Shown here: positions 1-11,356 of the stretch, one piece after another | Layout: the number at the start of each line of letters is the position of its first letter | How positions within the stretch are numbered: the stretch's first letter is position 1 | Assembly: GCA_965153285.1 (NCBI GenBank) | Contig: OZ229112.1 | Origin: Podarcis tiliguerta | Taxonomy: Eukaryota | DNA length: 64,000 nucleotides | Direction: 5' to 3' (one strand) | Notes under the pieces: model-generated | Seen by the model: the letters and a program-made list of their open reading frames with translations, nothing else | The model's database searches: none | Told to the model about the DNA's origin: nothing | Position numbers and translations under genes: made by a program

Positions 1-619
1 ATGTTACCCCACATAAGTGATTTTAGTTTTCTGATGTGCTAGATTGAATAGAAGGCAATTCTTGTTAGTCTAGGTACTTCAGAGTTCAGGATTAATAGCA
101 ACTCTGTAAATTCAGAGTTTCTCAAATGACCAGAGGCCAAATGTGTTAGATCAGGATCTTTAACTATATTGTCAGAGTGTTTTTCCCTTCCCATCAACAC
201 CACTTCAGGTCCCCCCTGCTTTTCTTAAAGCTGGCTGCTCTCTCTCAAATACAAATTTACTTCAGGCATTGTGACAACTTAGTGACGGTATTGATTGTGG
301 CTTCCAAAACTCCCCTAGGAGGTTTCTTCCAGACATTGAAGAATAAGGACCTTACAAGTGAGGGAATTGAAAGACCAAAGGCAGCTCTGAACCAAAATAG
401 TTGCAGCGCTGCTGCTGTGTCTTACTCTGTCTGTGCTTTGAAAGCATGTAAGCGCCAGTGCTTTCATCAAATGTGGCGTGATTTATACCAGGATGGGGAG
501 CTTAATCCTGACATGCCAGTCATATTCTCAGCTCTTGCTATCAGCCAGGCAGCCAAGGGTGCTGGAAGTGAGGCTCTGGCACCTTAAATGGCCAAAAAGT
601 GTGGCCTCTTTGCATGCAT

Positions 620-786
620 GGTTATGGGTACTGGTCATATCACTGGCATATTCAGGTAGGTCTGCAGTGACCCCTCCTCCCAGTTCTGAAACCTGGAGAA
701 CCACAACCAACCAGTGTTGACAATACTGAGCTAGATGGACCAATGGTATGACTCAGTATGAGAACAGCTTCCTATGTTCATATGTA
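620..786 (+). mobile_element. Squam-type SINE remnant (tRNA-derived head decayed, CR1-like tail)
   Basis: Tail gacaatactgagctagatggaccaatggtatgactcagtatgagaacagcttcctatgttcatatg, typical of squamate SINE 3' ends; boundaries approximate. Confidence 0.65.
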
Positions 787-1566
787 CTAATGTCATTGGA
801 AGCACAGAGAGGAGGGCAAGGCGTGCTGCCAAACTGGATAGATTTAAAGTAGCAACAGCTCATTTGCAAGGGCTAGTAGTAACAAGCCTTGACATGGACA
901 ATCTCACCCATGCTGATGACAGTTCTGCCCAGTGCAGCTGAGCTAGTAGGAGGGCTGGTGTAGGCCTCTCTCTCTTTCCTCTTTAATATATAGTATGAGT
1001 TTTCATGTCTTCAAACTAAGGTATTAAAACACGGATGATGGCAGTACTACCTGTGTGTACACCAAAAGGCATCTCTTAGCGATCGCACCTCACAAGGGAT
1101 ACAGATGTTGGAGAGCCTGTTTGCAACACACATCAACAGTAATGCAGTGCCACTGGGCAATACCGCCATCAGGACAAAACGCTGGAAGGGATTTCAGAAG
1201 CTGGAAAGGCTTCTGCAATTCATCGTCAGCCTACACCAAGAAACTTAACTTGGCTCTGCATAACTGCAGAAAGCTCCCTGATCCAGTGAGAGAAAAGTGT
1301 TTCCACTGTTGGTTGGGTTAGGTGCTTTCTCAACTTTGCAGAGAGTTTTACATGACCTACACTCTAATCTTTCCTTCTTGCCTTACTAAAACTTTGAGTA
1401 AAAGCCTACTTTGTTACTTAGGGCTTGCTTGTTTGGGTTTTTTTTGTGGCAGGGTGGCATTGGAATTGGTCTAAGGTCTTGTCATTCACTCCATGCCTAA
1501 GGGTCATACCAATATGCCTACCATAGACAGCAGATTGAGACAATTTAAAGTCCAAAGCTTTAGGAA

Positions 1567-1706
1567 CAGTGCTTTTGTTCCAAGGGGTACTCAAAGGTAT
1601 GCAGTTACCAGACCTCTTTTTTTTTGTTGTTGTTAAAAAGTGTGGCACTTACTGTAATAACTTCATGGTGAGTACTGGCACCTATTTTTCTAGAGAAAAA
1701 GCACTG
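1567..1706. mobile_element. hAT-like MITE with CAGTGCTTTT...AAAAGCACTG TIRs
   Basis: Perfect 10-bp terminal inverted repeats; related to the element at 19729-19864; TSD not clearly preserved. Confidence 0.6.
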
Positions 1707-2672
1707 GTTGAGACAGCTATGGGAGGAATCCACTTGGTGGTCGTGGTGATAACAAAGTGAAAGAGTTGATTGCTTTGTTTTCCTCTCTTCTCCTTCAATG
1801 GTACAGATTATAGCCCATGACATCACAGGTGGTCAAAGCATTTATTTATTTGAATAGTATGGCTTTACTGTTGCTCCTTACAAGTGACTAGGGCTATGCC
1901 AGCGAATTCCTCCAACGAAGCTTGTAAACGCGGTAGAAAAAAAATGCTTTCCTGATTATGTTTGTTTTGTGCCAGGGCTGACTTTCAGCTCCCATTCCCA
2001 ATGTGTAAACACCGTGTACCTGGCTGACTATACTGTTGCCAACCTGTTTAGGTGGAATGTTGCCTGCTCACAAGCGAGCCGGATATATGGCCTGGAGCTT
2101 GATTGCCAGAGAAGAATGAAGCAAAAAGGCAGCCGACCTATGAAAGTATAACAACAGTTTGTGTCAGATTTGTGACTGCTGCCCCACCCCAACAGAGACA
2201 GTTTTATTTCTTAAGTAAGGCATGACCAGTGCTCTTTTCTATACCAAAAGGTGCTGGGACGCTCCTCCCTCAGAAGAACTACTCCAGAGCCCAAAGAGGA
2301 TATCTTTGGGCTTGGGGGGGGGAGGTGTCTCCTCATGAGTCAGAGGCAACCTGTGTCAGGTTCTGTTCGCACGGCTGCCACATGGGCGGGCAGGAAGTAG
2401 GCAGGCTACTCCTTCTCCCAGGAGGAAGAGGCAGTCTGTGTGTGCCCCCTGCTTATGCAGAGGCAGCTGAGGCATGGGTGGACGGCTTCTTTATACTGCT
2501 TCACTGAGGGGCATACGGTTGTCTGCTGGTGGCAGGGGGAGTAAGGAACAATGACATTTTCACTCGCGATATACCAACATGTGACGCCGCCATTGTGCTG
2601 TGGCCCTCATACTGAGGATGTATCAACCCAGCCCAATTGCTGAGAGTGCTCAGCTGAAGCAAAGAGGGGCTT

Positions 2673-2769
2673 CTGCGCCTCAGCTGAGCAGCTTAACAAG
2701 CTCCCACCCACCCATCTCTCCTGCTCACGAGAGCAGGAGCAGCTGGGAGCTTGCTCAGCTGAGGCGCAG
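2673..2769. repeat. GC-rich inverted repeat/hairpin, probably the core of a palindromic MITE
   Basis: Arms ctgcgcctcagctgagc / aagctccca / ctcctgctc pair with gagcaggag / tgggagctt / gctcagctgaggcgcag around an ACGA loop. Confidence 0.75.
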
Positions 2770-3239
2770 CTTTCCCACACATCAGCTGTTAGCTGGGAGA
2801 CTGAAGAGCCTCAGCAAAGCAGTGCTGCTGCCTGAATAACCTTCCTCCCTCCAATTTAAATGAATTGTTGTGTTTCAGGATTATAATTGGTATGGGCAAC
2901 AATTAACTTACTTCCATGTTAAATGCAAATCCCACAGGGGTTGATAAGAATTTAGCAACCTAACTCTGCATAGTTTCTGTTTTGGTCTTTCCTTCATTTG
3001 CAAATTATTTGTCATTTCCAAATAACCATGTTAATATATGATATATTGACTGTATCTTGATATATGTATAAATGTGTACACACACCCACACACCCCACAA
3101 TTAGGAACATAAAGTTTAGAAGTGACTCCCATCCAGGATGACAAAAACTTGTTTTAAGGCGAGATGTTTCAGAGGCCAGTTAATCCTTTTAAAAATTAAG
3201 CTGTGAATAGTAATGCTACCCAAGTTTTTGGGAAAGTAA

Positions 3240-3730
3240 TTTTCAACTTTTTTTTCCATTTTGTTATATTCTTTTATCTTTTTACATGCCCACCACATAT
3301 GAAAAAAAGTTCCCTTCATTTCTTTACATTTCCAACACAAGTCTGATTCTACTTTATACATCTTTGCTAACCTACTCGGAGTTAAATACCATCTATGAAT
3401 CATTTTCAAATAGCTCTCTTTCAGTGAATAACACACAGTAAATTTTAGGTCATTTTCCCAGAGTTTCTCCCATTGGTTTAGATCTTTAACTAGCTCATCT
3501 TTCGTTTCCCATTCTAATAAAAAGTTATACATTTTAGACAAAAGTTTATCCTTATTCTGTAATAATTCCTTTTCCAATTGTGAGCTTTGGTCCAAGAATG
3601 CATTTAAAAAAAAAATAATCAAACTTAAACCTGCCATATAAGTGGTGGTATTGTAACTAATCTGTGACTTGACTCCTTAAGTCTTCCAATCAAGTGCAAT
3701 TCATATTGTGTAGTGGCATCTAAAAGGTCA
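3240..3730 (-). mobile_element. LINE-1 (L1) ORF2 C-terminal fragment
   Basis: ORF 3116..3637(-) contains KMIHRWYLTPSRLAKMY...CWKCKEMKGTFFHMWWAC, the CCHC (zf-RVT-like) region of non-mammalian L1 ORF2; truncated at both ends. Confidence 0.88.
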
Positions 3731-5918
3731 GTTGTGAGCTCACAAATTTTTTGCTAAAAAATTTTTCAGGATTAATTTAAAGTAGCAGGTTAGTGCAAGC
3801 CCAGCACTGAGCATGATAATGATTAATGATACTACAAAAATTATCCTTAACAAGAGTAAATTAGTAGATTTGAACTCACCACCCCCAATTCTCAATACAC
3901 AGACCTCCACCTTGTACACGAGATGCTCCATTAGCTGGGCTAATGTGAAAGGAAGAAATTGTGTCTCTGCAAGACTCTATAGTAAGGGAACTTTATTTTT
4001 TCCCCCCATGATAGATCTAATCAGATATATTCACAATTTCCTTAATTATGGCAGTTTATTCCAATTCATTTAGTGTTTTTTGTAAGGGCTGCACTTGTTG
4101 AATTGCAGGGAGAGAAAGTTGTAGCATGTGAGAGATCATGTACACAATTCCTAAAACAATTCTTAATTAATATTAGCACTGCAACTAATTATAAACTATG
4201 AGATATATATGCAAGTGTGACAAATCAAAAGTCCAATTAAAAAGAATATATATATGGGAAGAGAGTGCCATTATGACCTCATCAAAGCACAAGAAGTAGG
4301 AGGAAAATTGTTTGCCTTAGGTTTGGAGTGTATATGCAGTGGGATAGCCAAAGACCAGAGAGATAGAGTAACTGTTCTTTTGAAGTCCCATCCTCTGCAA
4401 GCTTGACACTATAGAAGGATTTTCAACCCTCTGATGTACAGAAGTGAATGACTTCAAAAGAAAGTATTTGGAGTTTATGCAGGTGAAGCAGATGCTCAAA
4501 GGGAGAGTATTGTGGAGCTCGACTTCTTTGTCTGTATCCTAACAACATTTTATCACCTCTTCTTTACAACAGCAGATCAAGAAAGCCTCCTACTGGAATT
4601 TGATTTATATATGTAGAATATCTTCCTATTGCTGGCCTGCGGGGGAGAAAGTAGCTAGTTTGGCACACAAGAGAGCATACAGATATGTTTTCTATACAGT
4701 AAGCCCACAATTTATGCCCAGTTAACTTGTGCACATTCAGCTTTACATGTGTGGCAATTCAATAAATAAATATAAAGGGGTGGAAAGTGGGCAGAGTTCC
4801 AGGAAAAATGATTTGGTAATCCCACCCACCATTGAACCCAATGGGTTTTGACTATACACAATTTTTGCTTTAGGTGCAATCCCTGGCACGTAACCCCCAC
4901 CTGAGTTATAGGCTTACTGTACATCATACATAAGGTGTTTTTTCCCTCTGTTGTGTGGGATGCTATATGAAGCACATTGTGTTCATACATACAGAAATAT
5001 GTATAAAATCAACAACACTGGGTTTATTTACATGTTGTCTGATAGGATTTAGCAATGTGTTAATGAGATAACTTGAAGAATTTTCCCAGTGAATAATACC
5101 GGGAAGGAAGAAATCTGCTTACCAGCAACTCAGTAAAATACATGGAAATTTTGGGAAACCTGCTGATTCTGTACATCTAGTTTACTGTCATCTGTCATGG
5201 AATCATAGGGCAGGATTCAATTCATGAGTGCTGTTAGCAGTGGTAATGCTATAAGGATGGTATTTTGCTTCAGCCAGGCTCTACTACATGGTCCAAATTC
5301 AGGGTGTGCTTTTGGATGGTAGGAGTTAAGTTAGAGAAGAGAAAATTATCTGCATGTTTGGGGTTCTGCTGTCATTATGCAAAGTGAATGTGGCATGTGA
5401 GCAAAGGATACACATCACGCAAACTAAAATTGTCTTTTTCTGTGTGTTTAAGTCATTGCTTAGCACGCTGCCCAGGCAATGTGGGAGTTAATACTGGAGT
5501 TAAAGCACTTGCAGGGATGCTGAAAAGACCAGTGAGGCTGAACTCCATGGTGACAACAGGGCCTAATTCATATATTCCCAGATTAGTGTACTATGGCTTC
5601 CCAGTGTCTGGATCCCACACTGCTCTAGAAATTATCTCTGAAGTTAGGTGTCTTAAATTGCTACAGGGGGAACATTAGAATATGAGTAGTTTGCATCACT
5701 GCAGCCTTCTCATATTCTAGTGTTGCTTCCATGGTATTTTTGCACTTAAGAAACTCTGCTATGCTGCTGTAGCTTAATTATATACATCTAGGCTAGAGCT
5801 GCAGGCTTAAATGCATACAATGTCTGCCCCCACCATATATAAATAAATAAATGGATATATTTTTAAGTACATAGTGTTTTGATTGTACTGTTGTCTTTAT
5901 GTGTGTCCCCCGCCCCAG

Positions 5919-6090
5919 GCAACCAGTGCGAAGTGGATATAGATGAATGCGTTTCAACACCTTGTCTCAACAATGGAAGCTGCGTCGATGGCATCAGCTA
6001 CTATAAGTGCTACTGCCGAAGTGGTTTTATTGGAATAAACTGTGAAACAAATGCTGATGAATGTTTGTCAGCGCCTTGTCTTCATGGAAG
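5919..6090 (+). CDS. EYS: EYS internal coding exon (172 nt, phase 1-2; probably equivalent to human exon 20), cbEGF repeats
   Basis: Acceptor tgtgtcccccgccccAG, donor AAG|GTggct. Translates (G)[56 protein letters not shown](R). Resembles recalled human EYS ...CETNANDCLSNPCLHGR, and the length matches the recalled human exon (172 nt). Confidence 0.93.
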
Positions 6091-6464
6091 GTGGCTATTT
6101 TCATCTTTTACTATTATTACCCATAAGAAAAGAAGGGGAAGGGGAAGAAGAACTAGCAACATTTAAGATTTAATGTCAGGGAAGGTTGCTGAAGATACTT
6201 CTAATTATGCTGTTCCATAAAGTAAAAGTACAGCCACAGTTAAAGGATGACAGATGTTGCCAGTTTAAGCTAATGCAATATAGTGGGTACATTATCTCAT
6301 TTCTTCTTTCATTCGAGTGCAATAACATAAAGTAATTTTCAATAACTGTGCATTAATTAGACTTTAATATACTTGCAAGGAGTTCTTCAGCCTTTGCATG
6401 CGAGCAGGTTGAAAGAGGATTCTTCTTTGGAGCGCAAGCATATGTGTGGAGGTTTAAAATACTT

Positions 6465-6632
6465 AGGAACAAAGAACGTAAGAAGCTTCCTTTTTCCAAG
6501 TTGGACTATTTGTCTAGCCAACTCAGTATTTTCTGCAAGGACTGGCAATGGTACTCCAGGGTTCCAGCCGTACCTGCAGATACCAGGGATTGAACCTGAG
6601 ATCTTTTGCATGCAAAGCAGATGCTGTACTAA
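6465..6632 (-). mobile_element. Squam-type tRNA-derived SINE
   Basis: Minus strand reads gtacagcatctgctttgcatgcaaaagatctcaGGTTCAATCCctggtatctgcagg (box-B-like), followed by a tail of the same type as 620-786. Confidence 0.75.
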
Positions 6633-6795
6633 AGGGTCTTTGGTCATGACACAATACAGTTATAGGGGCAACTTCTATTACGTCGAGTGGAGTACATACA
6701 GGATTAGCCTGAGATTTGTGTATGAATACAATGGATTAATGTGAATGGTGCTGTGTTGTGCAAGTGTGACAAGTGACCTTGGTGTTCTTTTTCAG

Positions 6796-6874
6796 ATGCA
6801 TTGACCTCATTGATGGGTATCGGTGCAACTGCGAAGCGGGGTGGACCAGTTCAAGATGTGAAATTGATGTTAAC
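6796..6874 (+). CDS. EYS: EYS internal coding exon (79 nt, phase 2-0; probably human exon 21 equivalent)
   Basis: Acceptor gttctttttcAG, donor AAC|GTAAGT. Translates (R)CIDLIDGYRCNCEAGWTSSRCEIDVN, completing the EGF begun in the previous exon. Confidence 0.93.
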
Positions 6875-7195
6875 GTAAGTCTTCTCATTAAAGCAGAGGC
6901 CATTTGTACACACAAACCCATAAAATACCAAAGCTTTTTACGAAAGAAGTACTCCCTGGGTTCTCAACACCGAGGAGGTGGCAAGGGTACAAAAGTTTCA
7001 GTAGTCTGGTCATCAGGGGCAACCATATTATTAGAGCCAGTGCCTCAGGGGGAGAAAGGCTGCAGTGTTTTCCCTCCATTCACTACAAAGTGCAGAAAAA
7101 GCATTAATACTCAAAGGACTGATATGCAGTGATGGTGCCTAAAGGGAACAAACTGCATGTTCCAGGTCCTTTCACAGTAGCTGCCTTCAGCATAA

Positions 7196-7338
7196 GGGTC
7201 ACATCCACACAATGCATTTAAAGTTCACGACCAAAGAATCCTAGTTCACCCCTCACTGAGCACCCTTAAGGCTGAGCTTCCATGATTCTTTTGGGGGGGG
7301 GAAGCCATGTGCTTTCAATTTAAGGTGTGGTTGTGACC
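7196..7338. mobile_element. PIF/Harbinger-like palindromic MITE
   Basis: TAA|gggtcacatccacac ... gtgtggttgtgacc terminal inverted repeats; internal sequence similar to 27628-27850. Confidence 0.55.
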
Positions 7339-8727
7339 AGAATGTGTCACTGAATACAAGTTGCTGTTCACTAGCAGTGGATGAGGACTGCTGATTTCAA
7401 GTCCTTCTTTTGAGCTGCTTTGAGCCGCATGGTTAGCCACAATAGGAAACAGGATCCTGGTTTAATGGATTGTTTCTGTTTCCTGTTTAAAGCATTAATT
7501 GACTCAATATGTAGCACATTTGTGCTAGAAAACCTTTTGTTATAATTGTTCGTAGGGATATCGTAGTGCTTGCTATATGAAACCATTCAGTAATTTGATA
7601 GGTCACTGGGGATTTACATTCATACTCTATTTACTACCTGCAGTCAGAGCTCTGTATTCTTTTGAACTTTTCCTATTGCTTTGGATGTTCAGTAAGCATG
7701 TCAGTGAGTCGACCATGTCACCAGAGCATAATATGAACTAATTAGCTGTTTTAATTCATCATATTCCTGATGCCATGCGTGTTGTAGCATACCACAAGTT
7801 CAACATTTAGATCTTGAAAACAAACAGTTGTTCCTAGACTCTTTTTGAGATGCCATTAGCAAAGTGAAACATATCAGTTGTGGCTGGTTGTAACTGGGGC
7901 TGGTGGCACACAGGTCAAGGCAGCTTACTAGTAAACAGAACCAGGATAAACCATAGGCAATAATGAACACTGCTATCCTACTGTGTGTCTTCTTGCACTT
8001 GTGGTCTGAACACAGTAGCTTGACCAGGTTTGACCTGATGCAGCAATGCAACCAAGTAAAATCAAGTTTCTTTTCTCCATGACAGCTCCTAATAATGAAT
8101 TTAAGAAGTGCTCCCTTTTCTTTGTTATTGTTGTGGCTTTTAGTTTACTGTGCCCCACCCCCAGATTTACATGTTCATTGTTTATATTCTTTTTTTTTTT
8201 TGTAAACTTCCCTGGGAATATCACTGAAGAGTGGTATAAAAATGCATGATAAATATTCACACTGGCCCAAGTGGTTTCACCGCATTCCGTCTCAGAAGGT
8301 AGCTAGTTATATGAGGGAGGATGGAAGGACTCAGGAATCCTTAAGTGGTATGACTCATCCCGGAAATAACAGTCATCTGCACAAGTTCTTCCACCTTGGC
8401 TTTTTTGTTACTCTTCAGAAATGTGTCCCTGTGTAATTATCTCCGGTTAATGTTTGTGACTTTTCTTTAGGGAGCCTGACTTATTTGATTTTCCATTCTC
8501 ATTTGTTCCAAAAGAGGCATTAAATTTTCTGCAGACCTTGTAACTTAATTCATTAAGGAACAGATGCTGATTCCTTCTGTAGTACTAGCAGAACTGCTTT
8601 ATGTTTGTGTTGTTTCCCAGATTAATGGTGCTACATTTGGGGAGCAGGGAGGAGATATTTAGATTTTCAAAAGAAAAGAGAATTTTCAAATGCAGTCTAT
8701 GTTGCCTTTGAGCACATTTTCTAAAAT

Positions 8728-9380
8728 TGCCAGTGCAGGAAACCTGATCCAGATTGCAATCCAGACTTGGTGGAATAGAAGAGCTTCCAGCCCTTTGCTC
8801 CAGCTGTAGTAGTCTAGAATGGGCTAGAAGAATCAGGAGTAGCTGAACTGGGAGAACCTAGGCTGGAGGAGGACCTCCCCTTTCCACCCCAACTTCAGTC
8901 ACTTTGGAAAGGCAGCAGGGATAGTGGATCTTTCCTCCAATCTTCCTGCAGACCTGGAAGCCCCAGCAGAGGCTGTGGAGGGCTTTGATCAGACATGGGA
9001 GGAATCTAGGTGGCAGTTACTGAACAGGAGTCTAAGCAGGAGAGTGCAGTCTTGTTGCTTATAACTTGACGCAACCTTCACAGATGGAAGGAGACCCACC
9101 CATCCCAACAGGAGTATATGCTTCCAAATATGATATTCCCACAAGGCAAAAGCTTAGCAGGAGGGGTAGGGAATTTGTTGGGACGTCTTTATTGCTTCTG
9201 TCAAGTTCTGAACTTCTTGCCATGCTCCTGAACTCCAGGATTGCGGCTCCTGAACTCCAGGATTTGGACTCCTGAGTACTACATCCACTCCTGAGCCTTA
9301 CTTGACCAAGTAAAGATCTCTCTCTTACTTCCAAGTAAGGGCCTTTGTCTGTGAGTGTTGGGTGGAAGCAGCTGCCCACA
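8728..9380 (+). mobile_element. Possible decayed LTR-like element
   Basis: GC-elevated block with internal short direct repeats (ctcctgaactccaggatt x2), an agtaaa signal and an ...ccaca end; no TSD found; boundaries uncertain. Confidence 0.3.
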
Positions 9381-9621
9381 CTTCCTGATGTGAAAAAGCC
9401 CCATGGGAAGAGTTATCTCATGATATCTTTCCACAGGGCTTTAATCAAAGTGCATGAAGTCTAGCTACCAAGTGCCTGAAATTGGTGCGCTTGCAGGTTT
9501 TGTTCTTAAAGGAAGTTCTTCCTTTTAACTCCTGTTCCCCTTTCCTCCCAAAAAGTATTTCTGCACTGGTTTCTTTAAAAGCAAAAATGGCTACACTTAA
9601 AACAACCACAATTAACAGCTG

Positions 9622-9824
9622 CTAGAAGCTTCCTGACAGTAAGAGCTGTTCGACAGTGGAATTTGCTGCCAAGGAGTGTGGTGGAGTCTCCTTCTTTGGA
9701 GGTCTTTAAGTAGAGGCTTGACAACCATATGTCAGGAGTGCTCTGATGGTGTTTCCTGCTTGGCAGGGGGTTGGACTCGATGGCCCTTGTGGTCTCTTCC
9801 AACTCTATGATTCTATGATTCTAT
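9622..9824 (+). mobile_element. CR1 LINE 3' end (5'-truncated)
   Basis: End of ORF2 (...VRAVRQWNLLPRSVVESPSLEVFK*RLDNHM), then gggggttggactcgatggcc...ttccaactct and an (ATTCTATG)n tail. Confidence 0.92.
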
Positions 9825-11149
9825 AAGCTTCTGTCAAAAGCCCAGCAAAGTGTGTCATAGGGTCTTCAGCAATTGCTGACATCTGAAAAGGCTGCAGGGT
9901 ACAGACCAGTAGAAAGGTTATTTGTACAAGGAAGGAAAGGACACTCACAAACACCCCTTGTCCACCAAAAGCTCATCAAAAGCTCCACATCTCACATATG
10001 AGAATTTGGCTTGCATTTTTCTTGCTTTTTGATAATTTTCAAATACATTTTCTCTTTTTGCGAATTAACGGGGAATAGGTTTTTTAAAAAAACAAAACCA
10101 TGGAAGAAATGTTGGGCACAACCCTAATAAAATTTTCAATAATTTGACGTTTGATAAGAAAACAGCACCTCGTGCCTGTTTTTATTCTCAGCTTCTTTTT
10201 CAAGTTTGATACTTCCTGATGATTTTTATGCTTTCTCCAATGAACTATTATGTTAGGTTGATTTGTTCTCCATAAATTTTGTAAAGAGCATATAAGAGAA
10301 CAAAGCTGAAGGAACAGTTTGAAATGCTAACAAGCTACAGGGAATGCATGGACAGAAATAAAAAGCAGTCCTCTATTTTTGGCTAACAAGCACAGAACAC
10401 CTCTTAATTTCAAACAGCAGACTGTTCTTTTCTTTTCTTTTTAATGACTTTGAGTTTCCCATTAAGTATTTTCATTAATTTAGTGAAAGACTAATGTTCA
10501 AACTATAGGTTCAAATTCTTTGGCAGTATACAAAGTTTCCCATCCTTCCTATGGGATGTATAATTCAATTACTTTATGTAATGCTTTCTAATAAATCATC
10601 CTATACATCCCAGCTGGTTTGCTGATAGGAAAAGCATGTTGTTTTCACACCAGTCCCCTTGGGTTCAGGTATTTGCATTTAAGTAAAAGTAATGAGTATA
10701 TCGGAAAAGGAAATCTACTTATCCTTGCTCTTGGTAAGCTGAAAAGTGTTCACTAGTTTGGAGAAGTTAGCAGTAACCCTCCGCCCCACCCCTTCAGAAA
10801 TGAAGAACTGTACTTTCAGGTGACTTGTGTTGATTATCTCAAAAGCCTGGATGACAGCAATTAGCAAACCTTATTGAAGATGAATGCATTCGTCAATCGG
10901 GGAGTGGAGGAATTCTGATTCATTTTGGCAATTACACTAATTGTGCTTTCCTGTAGTTTTGACGCAGTAAAAGTTAATTTGCCACAAGGTTATGTTATGT
11001 AAATGTGACAAGGTTTTCCATTGGATTAGGAGAAAGTATTTGTCACTATATTTATGTTATTATTTGAATAAGGATCAGTACGTTTGCTCTTACACGTTTT
11101 TTCAAACGTTAACTTTTCAAAGCAATTGTAAAGAATTGCCCTCATCTAG

Positions 11150-11356
11150 TTTTCCATGCGAGGGGAGAAAAGGCAGCCAACTGCATGCTCACACAACCCT
11201 CCAGAGGGCTCCCCGTGCTTCGGGCGAGTGTCCACAAGGACTTGGGGTGGCAGCCGCGGCTGGGGGGGGAAAATAAATATCTTTTATTCATCCCCCCCCA
11301 AAAAAAAACAAGATGCGTCCTATGGGCCGCTGCGCCCTATAGGACGAAAAATACGG
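11150..11356. mobile_element. pogo/Tigger-like MITE right end (TIR ...CGAAAAATACGG|TA)
   Basis: CpG-rich block ending gcgtcctatgggccgctgcgccctataggacgaaaaatacgg followed by TA; left end not found. Confidence 0.6.

Noticed and set aside
1-5918. Preceding EYS exon
   Set aside because: No cysteine-patterned segment ending in a phase-1 donor was found; it is probably upstream of the window.
6975-7025. Minus-strand CTGATGA...GAAAC-TTTT-GTA as a hammerhead ribozyme
   Set aside because: Stem I cannot form (gccc upstream versus ccct downstream) and stem II would consume the G of GAAA.
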